Source: Octopus vulgaris
Lineage: Eukaryota
Assembly (NCBI GenBank): GCA_951406725.2
Contig: OX597828.1
Coordinates: 57,598,001-57,662,000, forward strand
DNA: 64,000 nt
Reading direction: 5' to 3'
Shown: one piece after another, positions 40,133 through 53,676 of the stretch
Numbering within the stretch: the stretch's first letter is position 1
Layout of the letters: each line of letters begins with the position of its first letter
Notes under the pieces: generated by a model
What the model was told of the DNA's origin: nothing
Databases searched by the model: none
What the model saw: the letters and a program-made list of their open reading frames with translations, nothing else
Position numbers and translations under genes: made by a program

Positions 40133-40774
40133 TTAATAGAGGTTTTCCATTAATACATAATTTTCATATCAATTGATAACATTATAGAGAAGGTAGATAT
40201 ATAGACGAAGATGTCGATTTAAGTTTTAAGAACATTAAGGTAGTAGAGTTTATCAACTGACTGAAGAATGATCAATTGAAAGGAGACAAGAAAGATTTTC
40301 TATTTATAGAAATAGGGGTGAAATAGATGTCAAAGTTCTATATAAAAGAAATTAAGGTAGAGAGAGGGTTGTAATGCTACAGAGGCTGTTTACTACTATT
40401 TGGCGAATCGATTTTGTATTAGGAAAACTAGGTCAATGTCAAATGGTCACAGTGACCACTCATAGAGAATACAGAGTTTCTTTTATACTTATATACATCA
40501 AATTTATACTTAGCTGGTAGATTTTGAATATTTTGATACGTTGGTTTAAAGGAGAAATTATAAATCCAATATTTATTCATTTTGGAGAAAAATCTATCAC
40601 TTAATATGAGTAGGCATAACTGACGACAAAAGTCTTATTAATCAAGTGAATATATTAGGGGTCAAATATATATAATAGGAAAACTGGAAGAGGAGTAATC
40701 AAGAAGAAAGGTTTTCATAGGTTTAGTAGAAGTTGATTTATTTTTATGAAGAGAAGTAATTATATCTCTTCATA

Positions 40775-40818
<44 letters not shown>

Positions 40819-41197
40819 CGCCTGTGTGTGTATGTGTATGTGTGTGTAGCTGGTACCAATAAAATAATAAAAGAACGCACACACGCACGCATACGTACTC
40901 TCACACACACACATCTACACACGCATTTAATAAATATATAGGTTGGGGCAAAATTAGGTATACAGTTATGTAAAAAGAAACTACGCACCATACTCGTTTA
41001 TTTTTACCAGAAATATTAAAGGTTACGATAAACGTTTTATCATAGTTATGATAAATGTAATATTATGATTAATGGGACTGAAAATATCAAAAATGAGGCT
41101 AACTAATTACATGTTCTACTAATTTTAATAAATTCATTATTATAACATTCATGCGATATTTACTGTATACATACACTTCACCCACATGTGTATATAA

Positions 41198-41274
<77 letters not shown>

Positions 41275-41332
41275 GAAATGAGGTACTCAGAAGATCGGAT
41301 GGTTTATATTTACAGATATTTATTTATATATT

Positions 41333-41387
<55 letters not shown>

Positions 41388-41664
41388 TATCACTTAGATC
41401 ATTAGCGCATTCTCCCATTCTAGTGGGGTTTTCAAATCAAAACTAAGTTCCTGTGCGGGGAATTTTGATCATTTTATAGAGTTTCGTAGTGGTGGGGAGG
41501 AATATAAGACAGTACAAGAGGATGATGGATGAGGAGAAAGTGAGAGAGAGAACATGTGTGTATGTGCGTGTGTGTGTGTGTGTTTATTTTGTATCTGGGA
41601 TGAGTGCTAAAGAGAACGAGGGGAAGGGAGAGGGAAGAAGAAAAGAATTTTCTTTATATATATA

Positions 41665-41708
<44 letters not shown>

Positions 41709-42430
41709 GAATGGCGGTGCCCCAGCATGGCCACAGCTAGTGAGCTGAAACTAGATGAAAATGATGAAAAAAAATATATATATATATCATGCATAATCGG
41801 GCATTATGTTTCGTAGATAAAATTATGCTAAAATCTTTATTGTCAGAATACAATAAAAGGCAAATTAAGTAGGTTTCTGTGTCTCTTAGATGTTCTAATG
41901 TCAACATTGTGAATTAGTTTTTACTACATTGCATCTTTAGGAAATTTAGAACTCAGCGCATTAAAGAAATATATCTAGATTTATGACAGTAATTTTCCGC
42001 TTATTCCTACTAAATTCTAGGCTACAGATGTTTCTCATATAACCATTCATCATAAACCGACGTCTTATTGTTCTTTAACTTAACTGACGCTTTTCAAAAT
42101 ACTTATCTCCCTAAGGCACAACTGATTTTAATGTCTATGAAGCAAAGAACCTGAAACTTGTGTTAATTTATATACTGAGAAACTAGTCCGTGGATGTTGA
42201 ACCAGTAAGGGGAAGCTGCTGACATCCCCTGTTCGAAGGTTGTAATCTACACAGGTTTGTGTGTCACATAGCTACCTAGAGGCGATGGCCTCTTGGAGCT
42301 AATCAACGGCAGCATTCGTCCTATTTTCCTGGACTGCCATGATAGCTTGGCGGTAACTATTAATATCAAGTATTGCTGTCGTAGTATATATAAATGAAGT
42401 TAAACGCAGGTGTTATTCAAATTCTTTTAC

Positions 42431-42515
42431 TTCCGACATATGTTTCGAAGACAACATTGGTATTATTCCTAAGGAATAAAATAGTGTAAAACAATGTAAT
42501 CTTCTCATCAGGGAA
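42431..42515 (-). ncRNA. Type-I hammerhead ribozyme, apparently intact
   Basis: ttcc-CTGATGA-gaagattacattg...caatgttgtcttc-GAAA-catat-GTC-ggaa; stems I and II paired; palindromic ACATATGT; GUC triplet. Confidence 0.9.
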
Positions 42516-43109
42516 AGAAAGAAAGAAACCAAACACATCAATAAGACATTTTAACAGAATCTGATGGATGTGTATAATGGTGAACGGAACGCTATTAAGA
42601 TTTTTTAAAAACCGTTAGAAGATATAACGTCAAAAATAGCCTATAGAAAGATATATCAAGTGGAAGTGAACTGTAATGTAAGAAGAAAATCAATGTTCAA
42701 ATTATATATAATGGTAGATATCACTTATGTGAACTAAAGGTATGTTTCTGCCAATGTTTTAACCATCCATAAGTTTAAAACCACAAAAACCTCTGTCCGG
42801 AGATAAATCTATCAAGAAAAATATACAGACGAGTACAGATCTGTTAGCCTCAAGAAGCTATGTTACGAGCAATGTTTTCATGCAGAGACGTCGGAGGTGG
42901 TATTGTCTCAAAACATTAACCCTACAGAGACAGATCCGTCCCCTAATGGCAACGTTCTAGCTCGTCATGTCTCAATGATAAGGCAAAATATAAACTGGTT
43001 CATCCTTCACCCAGAACACCAAGGACCGCGTACTCGAATGACGAACCAAATTCGATTCAAAAAGTCAGCTAATGTTCAGATCTCCTCGTCAATTTCATGG
43101 GGATTTTGA

Positions 43110-43900
43110 AGATAAGACAGAGAAAAAAGATGGCTATGGATGTCTAAACGTGATTTAAAACCGGAAACGGAGACTCTAATCTGTGCTGCCACAGAGCAAG
43201 CACTAAAAACGAATTACATCAAAAACAGAATAGACAACATATTAGAAAGTGATAAGTGCAATATTTGTGTACAAAACGGTGAAACCGTATGGCATATTAC
43301 CAGTCAATATACGCCACTAGCCCAGAAAGAAAATAAGAGACGTCATGACAATATAGCATGGAGTCAATTGGACACTTTGCAATAAGTATGGACTTGACAG
43401 AGCAAAACACTGGCACGAACATAAACCCGAGTGCATCGTCGAAAATTATAATGCAAATATCCTATGGGAGTTTATGATTCAATGCGACCACGAGATAGAG
43501 AATCGGAAACCAGACATAGTGTTAATTGAGAAAGAAAGCAAACTATGCTGGATCATAGATATAGCATGGCCAGCTGACAACAAAGTATGCGATAAGGAAG
43601 AAAGAAAAGTCTATAGATATGACAGGTTAGCTTGGTAGGTTAACCAGTTGTGGTCGATGAAAAAGGTGGTAGTAGTGCCAATAATTGTCGGAGCCCTGGA
43701 AACAGCGAGTAAAAATTTTGAGAAGTACATGGAACAAATAGGGGCTGCAATAAGGGTGAAGCACTTGCAGAAAACAGCACTACTTGGAACTTTGAATACT
43801 GCAGATGGTGCTCGAAAAATAAGAGGTGTTACCTTAGTTCACTGGTATTGAACAGCTGACACCGTGGTATATCTGCGCTAGAAGCTGTGCAAAGACAACA
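43110..43900 (+). mobile_element. R4/Dong-type LINE 3' fragment followed by (TAA)n 43901-44041
   Basis: LKPETETLICAATEQAL, CNIC..ETVWHITS, RRHDNIA, NRKPDIV, IIDIA, PIIVGALE. Confidence 0.88.
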
Positions 43901-43925
43901 AATAATAATGATAATAATAATAATA

Positions 43926-44029
<104 letters not shown>

Positions 44030-44931
44030 CAATAATAATAAGTGATGGTGGAATTTATAAGCTACGCGCTGTTCCACACGTTACATGTTTCTTAAGATCA
44101 TAGTCCGCATTTCTGGGATGACTACTGCACTCTTCCTAGTATCCATGGGTATTGGGTGGATCATATTTATGTGTTCATTTGTTCGGGCGATATGGCATTT
44201 ACGGATGTATAATTGTGGGTTATTTATCTCAATTTTGACCAAGGCAAATGAGTTCTTTGTGTATTTGGTGGGGAGAAGGAAAAGGCGATGGAAAGAGAGA
44301 ATGTAATGCTAGTTATAAACAAGATGGAGATGTGTGTGTAATATACAAAGCCAAAGACGATCGGGTTGATAAGTATATTTTGATAGATTTATATACAGTG
44401 TAATGTTCATACGCACAGACACGCCTTTACAGTTTTATTAAGCCCAACAAGTAAAACACAATACCCTCTAGATATTTGTAAATATGTACACGTGTTTGGC
44501 AGATATTCAAATAGGAAGCTTTCATGAAGAAAGCAAAAGAATTAACACGCCGAAAAGTAACATTTAGAAATCAAGTTATCAAGTACATGGGAAATAACAC
44601 AGAATCTATTCTTTGAAATTTAGATCAAAAGTTAACTTATAAAGAAAACAAACAGTTCAGTTCAGTATATACAGAGGTGCTTAAGTACATAAGCGAACTT
44701 GTGTAAGACATACTAATTAAAGGTCAAATAATTAAAAATAAAAGTCCAGAAATAAATTTGTAACCACAAATAAAAGACAATGTTATATATAGACCCAAAA
44801 CAATACACAGTATACAGGCACACATGTAAAAACACGTAGTTCTTTTTCTATATATCTCTGTCTCTTTCTCTTTATATATATGTGTGTGTATGTGTGTCTC
44901 TACTTACATATACATACATATATATATATTT

Positions 44932-44979
<48 letters not shown>

Positions 44980-44981
44980 AT

Positions 44982-45052
<71 letters not shown>

Positions 45053-45151
45053 TTAATAATAATAATAATCCATCTTATTTCAATCTAATGGGAGAGATAC
45101 TAAACATAAAATGTTATAGGGTGGGGGTTAATGGGATGATCCATTCTTTAC

Positions 45152-45199
<48 letters not shown>

Positions 45200-45568
45200 G
45201 AATATTAGAAATAGCAGCCAAAAATTTGGCTATATATCTGAAAAGTTCGGTATATATATATATATATATATACCATATTTTTATAAATTAATATATATAT
45301 ATATATATATGTTTGTGTGTGGATATCTGTGTAAACTCACAACATCGCTTGATAAACGAGGTTAGTATGATTACGTCAACGTAATCAGAGTAACGCTTGG
45401 TAAAATACTCGATAGAAAAAGTACTACTCTTACAAAGAGTAAATCCTGGGGTCGTTTTCTTCGACTAAAGACAGTGGTCAACCATCTCCGCAGTCACACA
45501 CCCGAAGCAAGTAAAGCAATAAAAGCTATGTCATTTTATCCCTAGCAACGCGGGTATCTCTGATAATA

Positions 45569-45626
<58 letters not shown>

Positions 45627-45627
<1 letters not shown>

Positions 45628-47013
45628 TAGCTTAAGGTGACCCGCTCTACGCGCGGGTGAGGGTGTGGTTGTTACTTTCTGTTGCTTCCTTTCTGTTTTT
45701 TATCACCACATTCTCCTTCTTTGTTTCTCTCTCCTTTCTCTCTCACTTTCCCACTCTCTTACTCTTCATTTCTCTCGGACTCTCCCTCGCTTTCTCTTAC
45801 TCTCTATCTTTCTCTATCTATCTTTCTCCCATTTATAAACAACAAAAGATCTTGAGTAAGTTGAGAAAGGAAATATTTTGAAAGATCAATAATAAATATC
45901 AGGCAGTGACAACGGAAAGGTCTGATTCAAGGCAGACTGCAAAACAATAACATTTAAAGGGACAGACGAACTTGCGAGATGAATAAAAATAAAAAATATT
46001 GGAAACCAAAGTTTGAAAGGATAGTATCTGAGGATAATAGATTCACCATGGCTGGTATTTCTTAACGACGAACAGCAAGGTAGTGGCAGTTTAACGGCAG
46101 GCGTAAAATTTTGAACTTGATGTAAAAGAAAATGCCTAAACACCCGCTCCTGTAAATTTTAATCCCCTTCCAGGCCCATTTACACCCCTTTTCACATTTT
46201 GGTTAATATAACCCAATTTCATCCGGGGTCTAAACGGGCCACATTTTATAAGATGAGGAATTTTGTCCTAGAGGTCACGCTTTCCATTTGAGGAAAAAAC
46301 TTGTTGCCATGCAAACTCGCCAGCACTTTTAACATAGGTGTGCATATTTTCAGCTCAACCGACCACATAATGCACGCATTATATATATATATACGCATTA
46401 AATATATATATATGTGCATATATACGCATTATATATATGTGTGTGTACTCATTATATATACAAATGTATGCAAATTATATATATATATATATATATATAA
46501 ATACAGATATATACACTTTGTATCTATACATTATATATACATATTTATATATAGAATATACACACATATATAAATTAACCCATTAAATATCTGATTCATA
46601 ATAATTGTTCTCATGATTGTGTGGTTGTGGTGGCGATGATAATTCTCTCTATGAATGCAGACAGACGTAGAGAGAGATAGAGAGAGAGAGAGCGCTGGCG
46701 AACGCGGTGGGGGAAAGATAGTAGACGCTGTCAAGCGACGTTATAGAGACAAATTGATGGGAAGGGAGGAAAGAGAGAGAGATGGAGGAAGACAGGCAGA
46801 TAAGAGAATGGGAGTAGACTTGTCCAAGTGTGCGTTTTCTCCCTAGTAACCGCACCTTTTAAGATAAGGATTTCTAACCTAGCTCACATCCTCACCTCAT
46901 TTTACATGTCCCTGTAAATTTTGGAGTCAATCCGACGGAATCTAGTGCCCTTTAACACGTTCCAGTGCCAAAACCAGACAAACAACCCTTTCGCATTTCG
47001 GATTTATAGATAT

Positions 47014-47016
<3 letters not shown>
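45627..47016 (-). mobile_element. Non-autonomous Helitron
   Basis: 5' TCaatatctataaatccgaaatgcg; 3' hairpin acccgcgcgtagagcgggt followed by CTAG; homologous to 60318-61124. Confidence 0.8.
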
Positions 47017-47068
<52 letters not shown>

Positions 47069-47072
<4 letters not shown>

Positions 47073-47287
47073 CAGTAAAAACAATTAAGATTCAAGTGAG
47101 TTCCAAAGAATTCACATGAATGTGGTACTTAACTTAGACACACCAGAAATCTATATGGTATAAACCATAAAATAATGTGGGGTGATTGTAAACAAGAAGA
47201 AAGCAACAAGAATGGATTAGTTGTTCGGTACAATTTCGTATGAAACAATTGTACTGAACAATTAATCCATTCTTGTTGCTTTTTTCT

Positions 47288-47290
<3 letters not shown>
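47069..47290. mobile_element. PLE-like terminal repeat ending in a fold-back hairpin (47192-47290)
   Basis: Homologous to 39930-40060 (ggtacttaa.ttaga..caccagaa, ggggtgatt.taa, aagcaacaagaat); half hammerhead GAAACAATTGTA at 47242. Confidence 0.75.
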
Positions 47291-47353
<63 letters not shown>

Positions 47354-47594
47354 CATAATGTCATCAATATAAACATAACATCTACATATAGGCACCATAT
47401 ATTGCAATATACATAGATTCTTGCAAGAGTACATAAGACGAAAGAATACTAAACGTAAAACCAGTGATGTACGTGTGTTAAAGACGCATCTCATAATCTA
47501 TATGTGCCTGTGAGTGAGCGTTTATGCGAGAAAGAGAGAGGGGGAATGAGAGCGCGTATAAACGTATATTTATATATACAGAAATATATTATAC

Positions 47595-47660
<66 letters not shown>

Positions 47661-48402
47661 ATGTGTATAGACATATGTATGTATATATATATATATATAT
47701 TGGTAATTCATATATATACATGTGTATGTATATATGCATGTACGTCTGTATATCTGAATACATGTATGAGTATGTACATGTATATATATACCCATGAATA
47801 TCTCTATATGTATACACACATGTATATATAGTCATAAATATACTCAAAATCCCAAATCTCAGATTAAAGTTAAGACATCTATTCATGTAAAAAGAAAATA
47901 GGCGACAAACAACAGACATTGTCCTTATTGAACTGAAGCGGACAAACAGTATTTGAAATAATTCTATTAAGGAATGCTTCATTGTTTTACATTCAAATAA
48001 CTTTTGGGGCTTGAACCTATTGTTCTCCATTGGAAGGATAAAAATAGTATTTTTGTTATGATTTTAATCCTTCCTACATTTGTTCTGAAGGGAATACAAT
48101 AAGAAATAACTGTTTCTTCAGTTCTTTTAAAATACTTTCTCTTACTTCAAGTATTTGATTTCAGTTCGAACCACACTTAAGGCCCTGTAAATATCTGCCT
48201 ATCGACAACAGCGATATGTTACCGGATCTTTTTAAGTTTTACTGGTTGCTGCCTGTAAACAAGAGTATACAACTGGATTAGAACATACATACATGTTTAC
48301 ACTCGCATATGCATACGCCCTCAGAAACAGATGACCGCCTGTGTACCGTTGGCGATTTTTTTCCTCCGTCTTCATTTCCTTGGATCTTTCCTTTTCCTGT
48401 GC

Positions 48403-48434
48403 TTCTGACGGAGAGCTCCGCTCGAAACGTTAAA
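48403..48434 (+). ncRNA. Degenerate minimal hammerhead in a short PLE-like repeat (48280-48537)
   Basis: tt-CTGACGG-a gagc tcc gctc-GAAACGTT-aa. Confidence 0.55.
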
Positions 48435-48589
48435 TCCTCCTTTTTTTCCTTTCCTGAGCATTCAATAACACTATATTTGTTCCACGTCCTCACGTTGGTG
48501 TGTTTTCTCTTTGTGTTTTCATGTTTGGATTAACTTTATATATATATATATATATAGCAAATAAGTAACAAGGAGGCCCAGGCATCAGT

Positions 48590-48872
48590 GGATTGCGGCC
48601 GTTTCAAGCGGCTACAGTTAATCGTTCAGTGCAAACATTACATCAATTTGAAATAAACCGTTCTCCTCGGAAGCATTCCGCTATTCTAGTAGCAAAAAGG
48701 AGCAATGTAATTACTCTAATCTCTAGTACTGATGAAAAGTTTTCTTAAAAAATAATATAGAGTATGCTGTATGCTGGAAATTTGTATGGTCGTATGCTTG
48801 CGATGAGAGCGGTTTATTTCAAAATTATTAAACGTTTGCATTGATCGATTAAATACAGCCCTTGAAACGTAA
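48590..48872. repeat. Inverted repeat with a decayed hammerhead in each arm
   Basis: 48599-48680 versus 48793-48870; inferred consensus CTGATGA-gagcggtt...agccgctt-GAAA-cggccg. Confidence 0.6.
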
Positions 48873-49524
48873 TACACGTAAAAAATGTACACTGGATTTT
48901 ATGAGTAATACATAATCTTTGGACTAAATTTCTACACGTTAGGCCAATGGAAATGAAAATTTCTATTAATTTCCATTTCCCTTCGATATGATTTAAGTAT
49001 TGTAAGTTTTTGGATAATTTTCGGATTTTAGAAGTTGGTATTTTTTTTATTGTCGATGAGGGGCTGCGTCTGCGCAGTATATTTTGAAAAAATTAGGATG
49101 TATAAAACAAGAGGCACATAGTTGATTGCCTCGTGTTTTATATATTTAATCTAAGGTGTACCTGTTGACGAAGATTTCACCTAGCGAATATTATTTATTT
49201 GCTAAACTAAAATTAGAAACTAATTGGTCCAGGAAACTACATGGTAAAAGTTTTTATTTTTTCATTTCGTTCTTATCGGGATTTTATCCTTAATTTTGTG
49301 GTTATAGAACCCATCTGTTCTTTCTAGTGTTTTGAATTCCACAAGGGGATTCCTGATGTGTTTAGATGTACACTGTATTTTATGATATATATATATCTTT
49401 TAAATCTGTTTATAGTAACGTTCGTTTTGAATATGCAAATAAAGCTTATATTCCATTAAGCCGGCCACTGTGTAATGATACTGACTATTAACCCAGTTTT
49501 CGGGGTTGCATCAATAAACATAAT

Positions 49525-49850
49525 AATAACGATAATCTCAGGATATAATTTACAAACATTTAATGCATCGCTACGCGCGTTTCCACATTGCACATAACTT
49601 TTAAGCTGACAGTCTTTATTCTTCGGATGGCATCCGGTTGATCTTCATCATTGATTAATTTCTTCGGGCAAAGAAACGAATCATGAAATGAATCAATGGT
49701 AATGATCAACTAGATGCCAAAGGATTATACGTACTGCACTATAATCATCCCAGGAATAGCGGATGTCATCTTAAAAGTTATGTGAATTGTGGAAACCTGC
49801 GCATCGATAACTTAAATGTTTATAACTTCCATCCTCAGATTATTGTTCTT
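49525..49850. repeat. Diverged fold-back inverted repeat
   Basis: tttccacattgcacataacttttaag / cttaaaagttatgtgaattgtggaaa; inner ggcatccggttgatc / gatcaactagatgcc. Confidence 0.75.
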
Positions 49851-49865
49851 TTTCTTATTATTATT

Positions 49866-50050
49866 GGTGAACTGGCAAAATCGTTAGGGCGCTGGGCGAA
49901 ATGCTTAACGATACGTTCTGAGTTCGAATTCCGCAAATGCCTTTCATGCTTTAGGGGTCGATTAAATAAATACCGGTTACGCACAGGAGTCGATTTAATC
50001 GACTTAATCCTATCATCCAAGCTGCCCTTGTAGCAAAAGTTTTTAATTAT
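49866..50050 (+). mobile_element. Diverged SINE family C
   Basis: ggtgaactggcaaaatcgttag...tacgttctgagttcgaattccgc. Confidence 0.75.
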
Positions 50051-50108
50051 TATTATTATTGTTGTTGTTGTTGTTGTTGTTGCTGTTATTATCATGATAT
50101 ACACACAG

Positions 50109-50139
<31 letters not shown>

Positions 50140-50269
50140 CGTGTGTGTGTGTGTGTGTGTGGTGTGTCTGTAAATACAGACACTTGTATACACACGTAAT
50201 GGAAATAGTAGGGCAATGTAAATGTTGATATGAAATGCTTGACTACAGTACAATTTTTGAATGTGAAAA

Positions 50270-51170
50270 TTCTACAGAGTGGGACATTTTTGAAAAATCC
50301 ACAAAATCCTTAATTTTAGCTGTAAACAAATTTTATTGGCATCAATGTGTTTGTATTAAATTAGCATGTGTTAAAATCAAGTGTGGAAAAGAACATCCAT
50401 CATGTGGTATCCGTTTTCACTGATGCATTTGTGAAGACTTTCTTGGAAGTTGGCCTTTAGCATTGCTCTGCCGATTTGGGTGACTTCTACACGAATAGCT
50501 TCGTTCAGATCGTCCAATGTACAGGGTTTATGCGCATACACACGTGCCTTGAGGTTTCCCCACAACAAATGATCACACATGTATAAATCTGGGGATCGAG
50601 GAGGCCAAGGAATGTTAGCAAACCTGAAAATGAGGCGGTCACCGAAGAGCGGGCGAAGAATGTCCCTTGATGCTCTAGCTGTGTGAGCCTTCGCCCCATC
50701 CTACTGAAAGCACACACGTCGAATAGACCTACGTTTTCGTCGTAAAGGAGGCAGAAAGAAATTGTTTATCACCTAGAGGTAACGCTAGGAGTTCAAAGTA
50801 ACAGCATTTTCATTATTGTATTCATTTTCCGGGGTATGGACCGCTCGTGGCGACCCAACCGATCTCCCAATCATTAGTGTACCTCGTGTACAAAGTGCAT
50901 TCACCCAACGTAAGATTGTCTTAGGTTTGCGAACAGCCTGATTTCGGTGAATGTTGAAGTGGTGCCAAAATTCACGCTGAAATACTGTGACAGACTCGAT
51001 ATTCTTCACGTAACTGTCGAGGCAAACACAGGATGCTGTGTCATCCACAGCACCATGCTTCACCTGAAAAGAAGAAAAAAAACAATGCTAAGACACAACG
51101 GAGCGAATGGTACCTGAGGGACATATATTCCTCCCAATGGGGCTAAGAAAAGGGTGAAAAAAATCAGCGT
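50270..51170 (-). mobile_element. Second, internally deleted copy of the DD41D transposon
   Basis: DSYVKNIESVTVFQREF..HRNQ, ILRWVNAL, DHLLWGNLKARVY; homologous to 19572-20810. Confidence 0.85.
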
Positions 51171-51478
51171 TTCAATTCTGTGTGAGTATGTGTGTATGTG
51201 TGTGCGTGTACAAGGGAAGTATGTGAATGTTTGTATGCGTGATTATCATGTACCTTATTTATATATAAAATACTACAATTATCCCTCATTATTGGTGGCA
51301 CGTGGTCCGCTAGATCGACATTAATTTACCAGTAATGTCAAAACATTGTCAAGTTTACATCTCTATTAAGGAAATTAATAGTATAGTATATAATAAGTTT
51401 GTTTATTTCCGCAAAGACGAATTTAGATGCTATGGTTTTCGTTTCTCCACATATCTGTGAATAAATTTCACATAAGGT

Positions 51479-51511
<33 letters not shown>

Positions 51512-52077
51512 TTGTTGGACAGAGAAATTTTGTCTTGTATGGTAGCTTGGTATACGTGTATTTATGATTGTGATGTGTGTTTATGTGGGTGTGAATGTAT
51601 TTCTGTGCTACGTGTCATTAATGCTATATCTAATAATGGTATCTTCGTAAATTATAATCTTAACTCCCGTACTGAGTCCTCTTTGCTTTAAAGGCGGTTT
51701 AGCACCATCCATAACCTAAATGCACAATGCCAGTATTATATAGACACAAAAAAACACAATATTTCTAGATGATATATCGACTGAAAATATCCCAGGTGTA
51801 TAGAAATGAAGCTTGAATTTGGTTTGTAGAACTAATCAGACCAGACTAACAGTATTCTAAGGATTCATTCGGAATTTTATGATATTTGCAAAAGCTTACA
51901 AAACTAAATACGTGTATGAGAACGACAGATGCATTTGTCACAAATTTATAACAGACAGCAATACAAAGATTGACAAGATGAGTGCGAAAACTTGCGGCTT
52001 TGTGATGGTGTTCGTGTCACGATGATAAGGTGTTGTATTCTTGAATCAGAGCAGCACAAATAAATCATTTCACTTTG

Positions 52078-52201
52078 TTACAGTCTGCTCAGCTGTAAAG
52101 TGTAGTGGTGCAGGAGTAGCCTTCTTCTCCCCCAGCGGTTACGTCCTGGCTGTCCCTGCTGGTTTGAGTTTGAGGAGGCCGAGAGGATGTCTACCAGCTC
52201 T
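52078..52201 (-). CDS. Candidate terminal exon of a small amidated-peptide precursor (speculative)
   Basis: Acceptor ttttgattcttatatatcAG, then ELVDILSASSNSNQQGQPGRNRWGRRRLLLHHYTLQLSRL*; GC-richer unique island; Gly plus tribasic motif. Confidence 0.3.
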
Positions 52202-52896
52202 CTGATATATAAGAATCAAAACCAATTGACAAAAGTACTGTATATGCTACCAACAGAGGTAGAAAGAAGTCAAAATGTTCTACAACACCGAGCTACAAAA
52301 TAAAACTTATTATTGTATTGAACCACTTAATACGTGTAAACTGGAATTAATTTGAAAGAACACAAAGGAAATTTCATCCAGAATTCTGATCGTAAATTAA
52401 TAATCCATATAAAACGGTATTATCCATATAAACGGTATCAAATTTTGTGAGTACGAGTAAACCAAATACTATTACCATCACATCAATCACAAGCAAAATG
52501 AGACCCCGTTGCAGTCAGAGGCTGCTAGAAACCAACCTAAGATGCAATCCGCTTAAAGCTTGGATAATTACACCATACACTAATTAAGCAGTATTCAAAC
52601 CGGGAATTAACGTCAGAGACAATTAATGACGTCATGCACAGAACGTTAACTACCTTTGCCATGACGGTAGCTTGCGTCACCACACTAAACAAAATAAATT
52701 GGTGTATAAAACCAGTAAATATGCAAAATAAACTAAAGGTTAAACAGAAACCCCAACCCATAAATACTTAGGATTAAACACAACACACCGCTACGTTATA
52801 CGCGACAAACGACTAAACTTATGCAAAAGCTTACCTCTTAACCGAAAACTAAATACGGCGACAGAATATGGCTGTTGAACGAAAGATATTTATATA

Positions 52897-53676
52897 ATTA
52901 TTTCTACTCTACACACAAGGCCCTGAAAATTTGAGGGAAGGAGACTAGTCGATTCCATCGACTCCATGTTTCACTGGTACTTAATTAATCGACCCCGAAA
53001 AGATGAAACGCGAAGTTAATCTCGGCTAAATTTGAACTCAGAACGTAAATCGCCCGGCTTGCTAACGATTTTACCAGCTCGCCACCTTAAAATAATATTT
53101 TCTACTCTAGGCACAAGGCCTGAAATTTTGGGGGAGGGGGCCAGTCAATTAGATCGACCCCAGTACGCAACTGGTACTTAATTTATCGACCCCGAAAGAA
53201 TAAAAGCAAAGTCGACCTCGGTAGAATTTGAACTCAGAACGAAAGGACAGACGAAATACCTATTTCTTTACTATCCACAAGGGGCTACACACAGAGGGGA
53301 GAAACAAGGACAGACAAACAAATTAAGTCGATTATATCGACTCCAGTGTGTAACTGGTACTTATTTAATCGACCCCGAAAGGATGAAAGGCAAAGTCGAC
53401 CTCGGCGAAATTTGAACTCAGAACGTAGCGGCAGACGAAATACCTATTTCTTTACTATCCACAAGGAGCTAAACACAGAGGGGAGAAACAAGGACAGACA
53501 AACGAATTAAGTCGATTTCAATGAGCCTAGTGGGTAACTGGTACTTAATTTATCGACCCCGAAAGGATGAAAGGCGAAGTCGACCTCGGCGGAATTTGAA
53601 CTCACAACGTAACGGCAGACGAAATACCACTAAGTATTTCGCCCGGCGTGCTAACGTTTCTGCCAGCTCACGCCTT
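52897..53676 (-). mobile_element. Tandem multimer of SINE family C
   Basis: Head at 53676, three ~180-bp body units, then another copy at 52897-53090. Confidence 0.9.

Noticed and set aside
42180-42195. GAAACTAGTC half-hammerhead
   Set aside because: No upstream CUGANGA with matching stem I
52897-53676. CRISPR-like periodic repeat
   Set aside because: ~180-bp SINE units without unique spacers; no cas genes; eukaryotic DNA
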